NCBI GenBank assembly: GCA_034439755.1
Contig: JAWXAZ010000036.1
Coordinates: forward strand, 312 to 64,311
DNA length: 64,000 nt
Source: a bacterium
GTDB taxonomy: Bacteria > Bacteroidota > Bacteroidia > UKL13-3
Reading direction: 5' to 3'
Part shown: positions 8,471 through 19,007 of the stretch, piece by piece
How the letters are laid out: each line of letters opens with the position of its first letter
Position numbering within the stretch: position 1 is the first letter of the stretch
Notes under the pieces: model-generated
The model's input: only the letters and a program-made list of their open reading frames with translations
What the model was told of the DNA's origin: nothing
Database searches by the model: none
Position numbers and translations under genes: made by a program

Positions 8471-8878
8471 ATGGCTAAAGATATCCATAATCCAGATAGT
8501 GTTAAAGCATACATTAACAAGCTTGAACCAAATTTTGGTCATTTAATACAGGCTATTGGGAACGTGGTTTTGGCTACAGATGATCGCATTGGCGAACAAA
8601 TAAAATGGAACTCTCCCAGCTTTTTTTATTTAGGTGATATGAAACCCTTTAACCCAAAAGAATACAAAAGAGATTTGCTGGCAATAAATGTACGCAAGGA
8701 GCAAGCCTTACTTGTATTCCCCACTGGCGCCAATATCCAAGACAATACGGGTGTTTTAGAAGGAAATTATACAGATGGCCGACGTAGGGTTACCATAAAA
8801 ACAATGGCCGAATTAAAAGAGAAAACTAACAATCTAATGGCTGTTATAAAACGCTGGCTGAACCAAATAAATAATTAA
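8471..8878 (+). CDS. DUF1801-like domain protein (second paralog)
   Basis: The ATG at 8471 (MAKDIHNPDSVKAYINKLEP..IKWNSPSFFY..) is preferred over the TTG at 8450. Confidence 0.55.
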   Translation: MAKDIHNPDSVKAYINKLEPNFGHLIQAIGNVVLATDDRIGEQIKWNSPSFFYLGDMKPFNPKEYKRDLLAINVRKEQALLVFPTGANIQDNTGVLEGNYTDGRRRVTIKTMAELKEKTNNLMAVIKRWLNQINN

Positions 8879-8904
8879 ACCAACTTATAAAAACAAAATA
8901 ACCT

Positions 8905-9351
8905 ATGGAATCAACAGAAACACTAAACATCGAAACAAGTTCATTTTTTAAAAATGAAGAACGCAATGCCTACTTAAGGGAAATGGCCAAATGGGGCAAA
9001 TTATTATCCATTGTGGGGTTTATTGGAATGGGCATTATATGCATCATAGCCGTTGCGATGATGGCGGGTATGAGCTTTTTTTCGAAAAATACCTCTTTAG
9101 GAGGTTTAAACACCTGGATTGGCCTTGTATATATAGCCATGGCGGCTCTTTACTATTTCCCTGTCAAGTATTTATTTACCTTTTCTAAGGAGATAAATCT
9201 TGCTTTGGATTTACAAGACGAGAACAATTTAACCGAGGGTTTAAAGAATCTAAAATCGGTATTTAAATTCATGGGAATTGCCACCATGATTATGCTTGTT
9301 GTGTACGGACTAGTTTTTGTTTTTGGGCTATTGGCCTATAGCATGAGGTAA
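8905..9351 (+). CDS. Integral membrane protein, function unknown
   Basis: 148 aa with several hydrophobic helices (LLSIVGFIGMGIICIIAVAMMAG, WIGLVYIAMAALYYF, GIATMIMLVVYGLVFVFGLLAY). Confidence 0.5.
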   Translation: MESTETLNIETSSFFKNEERNAYLREMAKWGKLLSIVGFIGMGIICIIAVAMMAGMSFFSKNTSLGGLNTWIGLVYIAMAALYYFPVKYLFTFSKEINLALDLQDENNLTEGLKNLKSVFKFMGIATMIMLVVYGLVFVFGLLAYSMR

Positions 9352-9365
9352 TACTAAAGCGCTAC

Positions 9366-11486
9366 CTAAACCAACATAGACAAAGAAATGCGCTTGCGCA
9401 CCAAATCAACTTCCAGCACTTTTACTTGAACCTGTTGTTGCAATTTTACAATGGTATTGGGATCGCTCACATAGCGGTTGGCCAGTTGCGAAATATGCAC
9501 CATGCCATCTTGCTTAACCCCAATATCTACAAAGCATCCAAAGCGGGTAATATTGGTTACTATGCCTGGCAATACCATGCCTTCATATAAATCTTCGGGC
9601 TTTTTTACATCCGAAAACTCAAAGGCCACCAGCTTTTCGCGCGGGTCGCGACCAGGTTTTGCCAACTCTTCCAAAATATCACGCAAGGTAAAATGTCCGT
9701 GTACCTCGTTTACAAATGCCTCCAATTTTACTTGTTTGCGCAAGGCCTCTTGCGCCAATAAATCGCCCACTTTTACCTTTAAAGACAAAGCCATTTCATC
9801 TACCAACGCATAACTTTCTGGGTGCACTGCCGTATTATCCAACACGTTCTTAGCCCCCGGTATGCGCAGGAAAGCAGCACTTTGCTCAAATGCTTTTGCC
9901 CCCAATCGTGGCACTTTTTTTAACTCACTCCTGCTCCTAAAAGCGCCATGCTCTGCCCTATACGCCAAAATATTTTGCGCCAATTGGGCATTCAATCCAG
10001 ATACATAGGTAAGCAAACTCTTACTCGCCGTATTCACATTTACACCCACCAAATTTACACACGATTCTACCACCGCATCCAACTTTTGCTTTAAACGTGC
10101 TTGGTCTACATCGTGCTGATACTGCCCCACACCAATAGACTTGGCATCAATTTTAACCAACTCGGCCAAGGGATCGGCCAACCTGCGGCCTATAGAAACT
10201 GCGCCCCTCACCGTTATGTCGTGCGTGGGAAATTCCTCGCGACCAATAGCAGATGCAGAGTAAATGGAGGCACCGTTTTCGTTCACCATAAACACATTTA
10301 CATCGGCCAAATTTAAGGCCCGTATCCACTCCTCGGTCTCTCTGCCCGCGGTGCCGTTTCCTATGGCAATGGCTTCAATTTTTTCGGTTTGAACCAAACG
10401 CCGTATGCTATCACTCGCTGCCGAAACCTGCCGCTGTGGCTCATGCGGATACACCACCATATCATGCAAAAGCACGCCCTCTTCATTTAAACAAACCACC
10501 TTACAACCCGATCTAAATCCGGGGTCAATGGCCAAGATGCGTTTAGAACCCAAAGGTGCAGATAACAACAACTGCTTCACATTCTCTGCAAACACATTAA
10601 TAGCTTCTTCATCTGCACGCTGCTTATAAATTTTACGCACTTCATTCTCTATTGAAGGTGCAAGCAAGCGCTTATAAGCATCCTTTACAGCCAATTCAAT
10701 CTGCACACCACTGTTGGTTTTGCGGTGCACAAAATTACGAGTTATATCTGCTAATACACGTTCCTCATCTGGCTCTAAAGACAAGCGAATAAAGCCTTCC
10801 TCTTCGCCCCTAAACAAGGCCAACAAGCGGTGCGAAGGACAACGTATAATGGGTTCGTTATAGGCAAAATAATCTCTATACTTTGCCCCTTCCACTTCTT
10901 TTCCCTTCACCATTTTGGCACTCATAACGCCATGCTTTTCAAAACTATTTCTAAGGTATAACCTCACGCCAGCATCTTCACTTATCCACTCTGCTATAAT
11001 GTCGCGCGCGCCTTGCAAAGCATCTTCCACAGAAGTTACCTCACCCTTTACAAAAGGCGCCGATTTGCGTTCAATAGGTTCATAAGTCTCTAACATTAAC
11101 CACTTGGCAAGTGGCTCCAAACCTCGTTCTCTAGCCACACTCGCCTTGGTTTTTCTTTTTGGTTTATAAGGCAAATACAAATCTTCTAAAACAGATTCCG
11201 ACCAACAATTCTCAATTTTAAGTCGCAAGTCGGCACTCAATTTCCCTTGCGAATCGATGCTGCTTAAAATGGCAGCTTTGCGTTTTTCTAAGGATTCCAA
11301 TTCAATGGCACCGGTGCGAATGGCTTCAATGGCAACTTCGTCTAATCCGCCAGTAGCTTCTTTGCGGTAGCGGGCAATAAACGGGGTGGTGCAAGCTTCA
11401 GATTGAAGTTTGATTGTTACTTGAACTTGTTGCAGGCCAAGCTGAAGTTGTTTGGCCAGTATTAAAATAGATTCTTGTGATAGCAT
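9366..11486 (-). CDS. tex: Tex-like transcription accessory protein (S1 RNA-binding domain)
   Basis: ..TTPFIARYRKEATGGLDEV.. near the N-terminus, a YqgF-like segment (ILAIDPGFRSGCKVV), and a C-terminal S1 domain (GMVLPGIVTNITRFGCFVDIG..DGMVHISQL). The ATG at 11486 is preferred. Confidence 0.9.
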   Translation of the reverse strand: MLSQESILILAKQLQLGLQQVQVTIKLQSEACTTPFIARYRKEATGGLDEVAIEAIRTGAIELESLEKRKAAILSSIDSQGKLSADLRLKIENCWSESVLEDLYLPYKPKRKTKASVARERGLEPLAKWLMLETYEPIERKSAPFVKGEVTSVEDALQGARDIIAEWISEDAGVRLYLRNSFEKHGVMSAKMVKGKEVEGAKYRDYFAYNEPIIRCPSHRLLALFRGEEEGFIRLSLEPDEERVLADITRNFVHRKTNSGVQIELAVKDAYKRLLAPSIENEVRKIYKQRADEEAINVFAENVKQLLLSAPLGSKRILAIDPGFRSGCKVVCLNEEGVLLHDMVVYPHEPQRQVSAASDSIRRLVQTEKIEAIAIGNGTAGRETEEWIRALNLADVNVFMVNENGASIYSASAIGREEFPTHDITVRGAVSIGRRLADPLAELVKIDAKSIGVGQYQHDVDQARLKQKLDAVVESCVNLVGVNVNTASKSLLTYVSGLNAQLAQNILAYRAEHGAFRSRSELKKVPRLGAKAFEQSAAFLRIPGAKNVLDNTAVHPESYALVDEMALSLKVKVGDLLAQEALRKQVKLEAFVNEVHGHFTLRDILEELAKPGRDPREKLVAFEFSDVKKPEDLYEGMVLPGIVTNITRFGCFVDIGVKQDGMVHISQLANRYVSDPNTIVKLQQQVQVKVLEVDLVRKRISLSMLV

Positions 11487-11621
11487 GAGCACGCAAGTAT
11501 ATACAATTTTGATTGCTCAAAAAATCTAAAGCAGTCGCATGCGCTTTGGTTCAGACCGAAAGAATTTTTGGCAAACATTTTGACAAAGAATTTTGTTATC
11601 TTAGCATAATATTTAACTGCT

Positions 11622-12767
11622 ATGGAAAATAAATTAGCACGCAGAAGTTTCTTAACTCGTTTATCGCTAGCGCTTGGAGTAGCCGTAACCACGCCTATCG
11701 ACAGCTTTTCTAACAGCATAAAAGAAGTTTTACAACCCAATCAAAAACGCATGAATCCAGTTAAAGAAATAAAGCCACTTGGCTTTCAATGGGAGACCGC
11801 CGATCCCTTTTTATTTTGTGTACACCACGAAGATGCTTTTCCAAAAGGCAATGAGGTAATGGCACCAACAAGCTCTATGCAAGGCAGGCACATGGGCGAT
11901 GATTTTATCATAAAAGATGGTTTTAGAATGTATCATGGAAAAACTGTTCCCGGCTTTCCTGGTCACCCACACAGGGGTTTCGAAACCATTACGGTGGTGC
12001 GCAAAGGCGTGGTAGATCATGCAGATTCTATGGGCGCTTCGGGGCGTTATGGCGATGGCGATGTGCAATGGATGACGGCCGGAAAAGGGGTTCAACATTC
12101 CGAAATGTTTCCTTTGATACACCAAGAAAAAGACAATCCCATGGAGCTTTTTCAAATCTGGCTGAACCTACCCAAAGTCAATAAAATGGTGGAGCCGCAT
12201 TTTAAAATGTTGTGGCGCGAAGCAATTAAAGAGCATGTGCATACAGATGCAAACGGAAAGAAAACATCGGTAGAAGTAATTGCTGGCAAGCTGGGAAAAA
12301 TTGTGGCACCTGCGCCGCCGCCTAATTCTTGGGCTGCCAACGAAAAGAATGAGGTTGCGGTTTGGAACATGAAAATGGAGCCGGGCGCAACTTTTACATT
12401 ACCCAAAGCAAGCGCAGGCATAAACCGCACTTTGTATTTTTATGAAGGAGATGTGTTGCAAGTGGCAGAAAAAACAGTGAAACTTTACCATGCCATTGTG
12501 GTAGAAGCTGAGGTAGATTTGGCATTAAAAGTAGGCGATAAAAAAGCCAGTATTTTGGTCTTACAAGGCAAGCCAATTGGTGAGCCTGTGATACAATATG
12601 GACCCTTTGTAATGAACACCAAAGAAGAGATAAATAAGGCCTTTGATGATTACCACCAAACACAGTTTGGCGGGTGGCCTTGGCCTAAATACGACCAAGT
12701 ACATGCCCGCAATAAGGGTCGTTTTGCCAAACATTCCGATGGCAAGCTCGAAGAAAAAGTTGGCTAG
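11622..12767 (+). CDS. Pirin-family protein with a twin-arginine (Tat) signal
   Basis: HPHRGFETITVVRKGVVDHADSMG is a pirin cupin motif. The N-terminus MENKLARRSFLTRLSLALGVAVTTP is Tat-like. Confidence 0.85.
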   Translation: MENKLARRSFLTRLSLALGVAVTTPIDSFSNSIKEVLQPNQKRMNPVKEIKPLGFQWETADPFLFCVHHEDAFPKGNEVMAPTSSMQGRHMGDDFIIKDGFRMYHGKTVPGFPGHPHRGFETITVVRKGVVDHADSMGASGRYGDGDVQWMTAGKGVQHSEMFPLIHQEKDNPMELFQIWLNLPKVNKMVEPHFKMLWREAIKEHVHTDANGKKTSVEVIAGKLGKIVAPAPPPNSWAANEKNEVAVWNMKMEPGATFTLPKASAGINRTLYFYEGDVLQVAEKTVKLYHAIVVEAEVDLALKVGDKKASILVLQGKPIGEPVIQYGPFVMNTKEEINKAFDDYHQTQFGGWPWPKYDQVHARNKGRFAKHSDGKLEEKVG

Positions 12768-12966
12768 TGGGCAAAAAACGTGTTCATTATCCTTAAAAGT
12801 TTACACTAAGTGCCGTTTGCGCCTATTTCAAAAGCAAATAAAGACCTTTTGGTTGACTCTTGCGCATTGTAATTGGCTTGAACCAACCAATAACTTATCG
12901 CTGACTTTACAATTTGATAAGCGTTAAATAACATTTATATCCCTTTAAGATAGGGCTCTAAGAAGC

Positions 12967-13008
12967 TTCTTAATTTCCCAAATGCGGAAAATTAAGAAGT
13001 TTTTTTTG
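12967..13008 (+). terminator. Rho-independent terminator candidate
   Basis: Stem cttcttaatttcc (12967-12979), loop caaatgc, stem ggaaaattaagaag (12987-13000) with one bulged A, then T8 (13001-13008). Confidence 0.6.
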
Positions 13009-13125
13009 TTGGTACTTATCCACAAGGCGCTAAGGTCAATTGCAGGTAAACGGGCCGCAAAGCTTCTGTCTTAGCCTCACTCCTATTAACTTTACGCCCT
13101 TGAAATTCAACATTGAATAGTAACC

Positions 13126-16100
13126 ATGAACAATTATACGGATATGGAATATCGAATTTTCAGACAAATTAAGCTTACAAAAATTGCAGGCCTTTTGTTG
13201 CTGCTACTGGCCTTCATTTGTCCTGCTTTGCAAACACAAGCCAAAAACTTGAGTGCACCGCCGCCAACTCCTTTAACGGTAAATCCCGATACAGGGTATG
13301 TGAACGGCTATAATGGCGCAGCATCCTTGCTAAACATCTATGCCAACGATTCTTTTAACAATGCAACACTTGTACCAGCAGATGTCATATTAAGTTATAC
13401 CTCGCCAAGTCCAAAAATTTCTATCAATGCAAGCACAGGCATTGTTACAGTGGCTACCTATTTGGCCGCTGGAACTTATACCATACCTTATACTTTAACG
13501 GATGCTTTGGATGCGCTTAATTTTGCAAGTGCCAATTTAATTGTAGTAGTTTCTGCACCTCCTATTTTTGCTAACCACGACCAAGTTTGGGTTAATGGTT
13601 ATAATGGAAATTTAAATGCCATTACCGTAAATACAAACGACAGCATAAACAATGGCTTAGCACCACGCTCTGCCATTGCGTTTACTTTGCTTAGTTCGCC
13701 AACAGAACCCAATGTAATTATGAATACATTAAATGGCAGGGTATCTATATTTCCTATGACTCCAGCGGGCGTATATTACTTTGTTTACCGCATTTGCGAC
13801 ACCCTCAATCCAGCTAATTGTGATACGGCATTGGTGACGGTGAATGTAATGGCTCCACCTATTTTTGCCAATTCAAATACCCTTAATGTAAACGGATTTA
13901 ATGGGGGAAACAACTTATTAAATGTTTGGAGCAATGATCAAATAAATGGTGCAGCAGTTAACAGTACCAATGTAATAACAAGCTTGGTTACTCCATCTGC
14001 TAATTCAGCTATTACTTTGAATACAAGCACGGGTATGATTAGTGTTGCACCCGCACAAGTAGCAGGGAATTATACCTTGGTTTATAGCATTTGCGATAGC
14101 ATGAACACCACAAGTTGCGATACCGCTATTGTTTATATTAACCTCACACCTCCGCCTATTGATGCCAAAAACGACACGGCTTATGTGGATGGATATGCAG
14201 CAACAGCCAATGTCATAAATGTACTAAGCAACGACTTGTTAAACAATGCCAGCATTGCCATAAATGCTGTTTCGGTTAAATGGCATGTAGCCTCTAATCA
14301 CCCCAATATTACCTTAGATACTTTAACAGGGAATATACAGGTTAGTCCCAGAATTGCGGTTGGAACCTATTCTTTACAATACAGAATTATAGATACTGCC
14401 AATATGGGCAGCTCAGATACAGCCACAGCATTTGTGGTGGTAAGGGCTCCAAATGTTTATGCCAATCCAGAATATGCCTACGTAAATGGATACGATGGCA
14501 ACCCTGCTTTGGTTCAGGTCTTGGCCAACGATAGCATCAATAATATTGCCTTATCCATTGGCGATGTAAAATTAAGCGTATTGGCTCAATCGACTCATCC
14601 TGGAGTTTGGCTCAACGATACCACTGGCTTTATTAAAGTAATGCCAATGGTGCCAGCAGGCAAGTATATAATTAGCTACAAAATATGCGATACGCTTAAT
14701 ATGAGCAATTGCGATTCGGCAAGCGATACCATTGAAGTAATGGCACCCATTATTGAGGCAGTGCAAGACACCTTTATTCACAATGGGTATGATGCCAGTC
14801 TTAACATTGGAAATGTATTAAGCAACGATAGCATAAACGGCATGGTGGTAATGGCAGGAGGCGTAAGGTTGCTTACCTTAATGCCAAGCAGCGCAACCGG
14901 AATTAGGCTAAATGATACCACAGGCATTATAAGCTTTGCACCACGCATTGCGGCAGGATATTATAGCATTAAATATCAAATAACCGACACTTTAAATGCG
15001 GGTAATATTGATTCTACATTCGCCATTATTAAAGTAATTGCGCCAACTATTTTTGCTGAAAACGATACGGCTTATGTAGTGGGCGAAACAGGTAGTAAGG
15101 GCGTATATCAAGTATTGCAAAACGACCGCATCAATGGCGATTCGGCCAAGACATCCAATACACATGTAAAATTGGTTATTGGTTCAGGCAATCCAAAAAT
15201 TAAACTGGATACCTTAACTGGATTTTTAAAAGTAGATTCATTAACACGTGCAGGTTTGTATCACATCACTTACCGCATTATTGACACCTTAAATGCAACC
15301 AATGCAGATACCGGAATCTTGGCAATTTATGTTTCTGCAACACCCGTAATTGCGAGCAACGATAGCCTAACTGTAAATGGGTATAATGGCAATTTAAATT
15401 TAGGCAATGTGCTTGCCAATGATAGTATAAATGGGCTTATTGTATCGCCCAGCAGGGTAGTTATTAGCTTGGTTCAAAACTTCCCGAATGGCGATTTGGT
15501 GCTCAATACTTTTAATGGAAGAATCTCTGTTTTCCCTGGCACACAAGCTGGATTATACAGCATGACATACCGCATTTGCGACACCTTAAATACAGGCGTT
15601 TGCGATACTGCCATGGTGCAAGTCTTGGTAACACCACCCCCTATTTTTGCGCATGTTGATCATGCTTTTGTTAATGGGTTTACCGGAAATAGCAATGCCA
15701 TAAATGTTTTTGGCAACGACAGTGTAAATGGATTACCAACAAATGCTTTGGGTGTTATAACTACCTTGGTAAGCGCGGCAAGTATTCCAGATATTAGTTT
15801 TGATACAGCCACTGGCATTATAAGTGTTGCGCCAAATTTAGCAGCAGCAGAATACTCCTTAGTTTACCGCATTTGTGATACCCTGAACCAAAGCAATTGC
15901 GATACGGCCATTGTGTTTATTCATATAATGGCACCACCCATTGTGGCCACCAATGATACAATTTATGCAGATGGCTATTCCTCTCTTGGAATCATAGGCA
16001 ATGTATTAAACAACGATAGTTTAAACAACGATACCATTGGGGTAAATGCAGTAATGGTTAAATTATATTCGGCTTCAAGCCATGCTGGAATTAGCCTCGA

Positions 16101-18990
16101 TACGTTAACGGGCGATATTCATTTTTTACCACGCATTGCGGCAGGTACCTATACCTTGCAATACAGCATTATTGATACAGTAAACTTGTTTAGCTTCGAT
16201 ACGGGTTATGTGGTGGTGGTGGTAGATTCGCCCAATGTATATGCCAACCCAGAATATGTTTATGTAAATGGATACAACGGCGATACTGCCTTGGTGCAAG
16301 TTCTGGCTAATGATAGCATCAACAACTTTTCATTGGCCATTGGCGATGTAAAGTTAACCGTATTATCTCAGTCTTCTCACCCGGGAGTTTGGTTAAATGA
16401 TACCACAGGTTACATTGTGGTTGCCCCATTGGTGCCGGTAGGATTATATGTAATAAACTACAAAATATGCGATACCCTCAATGTGTATAATTGCGATACC
16501 ACAAGTGATACCATTGAAGTTAGAGCTCCCTTTATTTTAGCAGTTGCCGATACCTTTATGCAAAATGGTTACGATACCAATTTTGCGATAGGCAATGTAT
16601 TGAGCAACGATAGCTTAAACTATAAGCCGCTTTCTATGGGCAGTGTAAGCATTACCCTGATTACGCCTGCTTCAAATGCCGCTATTCGTTTAGATACCGC
16701 TACCGGATTAATATCATTGATTCCGCGTGTTTCGGCGGGGTATTATAGCATTCAATATCAAATTTCTGATACCCTGAACCCAACAAATGTGGATACCAAT
16801 TTTGCGGTTATTCAGGTAATGCCGCCATCCATAATTGCTATAAATGATACCGCAGATGTGATTGGAGAAGTTGGCTCAATGGGCGTATACAATGTATTGC
16901 CAAACGACCTTATCAATGGCGATTCGGTAACGAGTAGCAATATTTTGTTGAAATTGGTGATTGGTTCAGGCCAAAATAAAATTAGACTTGATACCCTAAC
17001 AGGATTGTTGCAAGTAGACTCGTTAACTCCTGCAGGTATCTACCATATTTGGTATAGAATTATTGATACCCTAAACGCAGGTAATGCAGATACTGCTATC
17101 TTAACAATTTTTGTTTCTCCAACGCCACTTTTTGCGAACGGCGACAGTGCTAAGGTGAATGGATATATTGGAAACTTAAATTTATTAAATGTTTTGGCGA
17201 ATGATAGCATTTTAGGAGATGTTGTAAAGCCGGGCAGGGTTAATATTAGCATTGTTCAGAACTCGGGAACAAGCGGCGTGGTATTGAATACCTTTAACGG
17301 ACAAATCTCTGTATTTCCAAATACGCCATTAGGTATTTACAAAATGATATATCGCATCTGCGACACATTAAATCCGAGTAGTTGCGATACGGCCTACGCC
17401 ACCATTTATGTGCATGGATATCCATTAGTTGCTAAGAACGACAGCGTAATGGTAAATGGATATGGCGGTTTAATCAATGCCCTCAATGTAATTGATAACG
17501 ATAGTTTAAATGGAGCACCTTTGCTAAACACCCAAGTAAGGTATAAGGAATTGGTGAGTGCAGGCAGTGGCATTAGCTTAGATACCCTAACCGGATTTGT
17601 AAGTGTGGCAGCAAAAACCAATGCCGGTATGTATACTTTGTTCTATCAAGTAACTGATACGCTAGACATGAACAATACCGACAGTGCTTATGTGGTGATA
17701 GCTGTTTTTGCTGTTGGTCCCATTGCAATAAATGATGAGGTTGCAACGCCATTTGGATTGCCAATTGTGGTAACACCATTATCTAACGATTTGGATGTTG
17801 ACAACAACATAAATATAGCAACCATGAAGATTATTAGCATGCCAATAAATGGAACAGCGGTGGCAGATACCATTTTGAGCACCATCACTTATACGCCTAA
17901 TGCCAATTGGGTTGGATATGATACCTTATATTATTCAATTTGCGACTCGGGCATGGTGCCAGTTTTATGCGATACGGCTTATATTGTTGTTAGCACACAA
18001 GACTCCTTAAACTTAGTCTTTAAAATGACCACTGACGTAAGATGTTTTGGAGACAGCGATGGTATGGCAAACATCATTTTGGCAGGCGGATTAGAGCCTT
18101 ATAACATTACCTGGAATACAACGCCGGTTCAGACCGGACAATCAGCTTCAAATTTAAAAGCAGGAAATTATGTGGCCATGGTAATAGACTTTTTAAATGA
18201 CACCCTATTGGTTGATGTTACAATTAACAGTCCCACTTTAATAAGTGCAACAGCTAAACTTACCAATCCTACTTGCAATGGCAAATCGAATGGCAGCATA
18301 GAATTATTTGTGAGTGGTGGAACGGCGCCTTACTATTATTTCTGGAACAATGGTTCTGTATTTAACCCAGTAAACAATGTTCAGGCAGGCAATTACAGCG
18401 TGGTTGTTACAGACACCAATGGATGTAAAATAAACAGAAATTACATTTTAACAGAGTCTGATCCAATGCAACTATCGGTGGTAAAAATTGTGGATGCAGT
18501 TTGTAAAACAACATTCGATGGCAGCATTACTTTAAATTTAACGGGGGGCACAGCACCTTATAAATACCTGTGGAGCAATGGCGCAAGCACCCTAAATTTG
18601 GCAAACAGATTGCATGGCGAATATACCTTAGTAGTTACCGATACTTTTAATTGCAGCACAAGTGGTAAATACACCATTTATTATCAGAAAGAAAACTGCG
18701 AACAAGATGTGTTTGTACCGCAAGGCTTTTCACCAGATGGCGATGGCATAAATGATGCCTATACCATTGATGGCATTGAGAAGTTTCCGAATAACCATTT
18801 GCGCATTTATAACCGTTGGGGCGCAATGGTGTTTGAGGAAGTGGGTTATAAGAATACTTGGAAAGGAACCGCAGAAACGGGCATTGGCAGTGGTACTGGA
18901 GAAACATTGCCTACAGGAACCTATTTCTATGTATTGGAATTAGAACCTGGAAAACCTGTAATTTCTGGCTATTTATACATTAGTAAATAA
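13126..18990 (+). CDS. Giant modular cell-surface protein with a T9SS type B (gliding-motility-associated) C-terminal domain
   Basis: 1954 aa with a signal peptide. About 15 tandem modules of about 99 aa (consensus ..PPIFAN.D...VNGYNGN.N..NVL.NDSING......V...L........LNT.TG.ISV.P...AG.Y...YRICDTLN...CDTA.V.V.V). One cadherin-like unit (..VVTPLSNDLDVDNN..). Three SprB-type repeats (GGLEPYNITWN, GGTAPYYYFWNNG, GGTAPYKYLWSNG). The C-terminus VFVPQGFSPDGDGINDAYTI..LRIYNRWGAMVFE..LPTGTYFYVLEL is the type B CTD pattern. Confidence 0.85.
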   Translation: MNNYTDMEYRIFRQIKLTKIAGLLLLLLAFICPALQTQAKNLSAPPPTPLTVNPDTGYVNGYNGAASLLNIYANDSFNNATLVPADVILSYTSPSPKISINASTGIVTVATYLAAGTYTIPYTLTDALDALNFASANLIVVVSAPPIFANHDQVWVNGYNGNLNAITVNTNDSINNGLAPRSAIAFTLLSSPTEPNVIMNTLNGRVSIFPMTPAGVYYFVYRICDTLNPANCDTALVTVNVMAPPIFANSNTLNVNGFNGGNNLLNVWSNDQINGAAVNSTNVITSLVTPSANSAITLNTSTGMISVAPAQVAGNYTLVYSICDSMNTTSCDTAIVYINLTPPPIDAKNDTAYVDGYAATANVINVLSNDLLNNASIAINAVSVKWHVASNHPNITLDTLTGNIQVSPRIAVGTYSLQYRIIDTANMGSSDTATAFVVVRAPNVYANPEYAYVNGYDGNPALVQVLANDSINNIALSIGDVKLSVLAQSTHPGVWLNDTTGFIKVMPMVPAGKYIISYKICDTLNMSNCDSASDTIEVMAPIIEAVQDTFIHNGYDASLNIGNVLSNDSINGMVVMAGGVRLLTLMPSSATGIRLNDTTGIISFAPRIAAGYYSIKYQITDTLNAGNIDSTFAIIKVIAPTIFAENDTAYVVGETGSKGVYQVLQNDRINGDSAKTSNTHVKLVIGSGNPKIKLDTLTGFLKVDSLTRAGLYHITYRIIDTLNATNADTGILAIYVSATPVIASNDSLTVNGYNGNLNLGNVLANDSINGLIVSPSRVVISLVQNFPNGDLVLNTFNGRISVFPGTQAGLYSMTYRICDTLNTGVCDTAMVQVLVTPPPIFAHVDHAFVNGFTGNSNAINVFGNDSVNGLPTNALGVITTLVSAASIPDISFDTATGIISVAPNLAAAEYSLVYRICDTLNQSNCDTAIVFIHIMAPPIVATNDTIYADGYSSLGIIGNVLNNDSLNNDTIGVNAVMVKLYSASSHAGISLDTLTGDIHFLPRIAAGTYTLQYSIIDTVNLFSFDTGYVVVVVDSPNVYANPEYVYVNGYNGDTALVQVLANDSINNFSLAIGDVKLTVLSQSSHPGVWLNDTTGYIVVAPLVPVGLYVINYKICDTLNVYNCDTTSDTIEVRAPFILAVADTFMQNGYDTNFAIGNVLSNDSLNYKPLSMGSVSITLITPASNAAIRLDTATGLISLIPRVSAGYYSIQYQISDTLNPTNVDTNFAVIQVMPPSIIAINDTADVIGEVGSMGVYNVLPNDLINGDSVTSSNILLKLVIGSGQNKIRLDTLTGLLQVDSLTPAGIYHIWYRIIDTLNAGNADTAILTIFVSPTPLFANGDSAKVNGYIGNLNLLNVLANDSILGDVVKPGRVNISIVQNSGTSGVVLNTFNGQISVFPNTPLGIYKMIYRICDTLNPSSCDTAYATIYVHGYPLVAKNDSVMVNGYGGLINALNVIDNDSLNGAPLLNTQVRYKELVSAGSGISLDTLTGFVSVAAKTNAGMYTLFYQVTDTLDMNNTDSAYVVIAVFAVGPIAINDEVATPFGLPIVVTPLSNDLDVDNNINIATMKIISMPINGTAVADTILSTITYTPNANWVGYDTLYYSICDSGMVPVLCDTAYIVVSTQDSLNLVFKMTTDVRCFGDSDGMANIILAGGLEPYNITWNTTPVQTGQSASNLKAGNYVAMVIDFLNDTLLVDVTINSPTLISATAKLTNPTCNGKSNGSIELFVSGGTAPYYYFWNNGSVFNPVNNVQAGNYSVVVTDTNGCKINRNYILTESDPMQLSVVKIVDAVCKTTFDGSITLNLTGGTAPYKYLWSNGASTLNLANRLHGEYTLVVTDTFNCSTSGKYTIYYQKENCEQDVFVPQGFSPDGDGINDAYTIDGIEKFPNNHLRIYNRWGAMVFEEVGYKNTWKGTAETGIGSGTGETLPTGTYFYVLELEPGKPVISGYLYISK

Positions 18991-19007
18991 AATTGGAGAC
19001 CAAAAAA

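Noticed and set aside
11462-12663. Minus-strand ORFs 11462..11740, 11811..12155, 12152..12430 and 12394..12663, and plus-strand ORF 12643..12927.
   Set aside because: They overlap the well-supported pirin gene or its flanks and have no motifs. They are typical antisense or out-of-frame ORFs.
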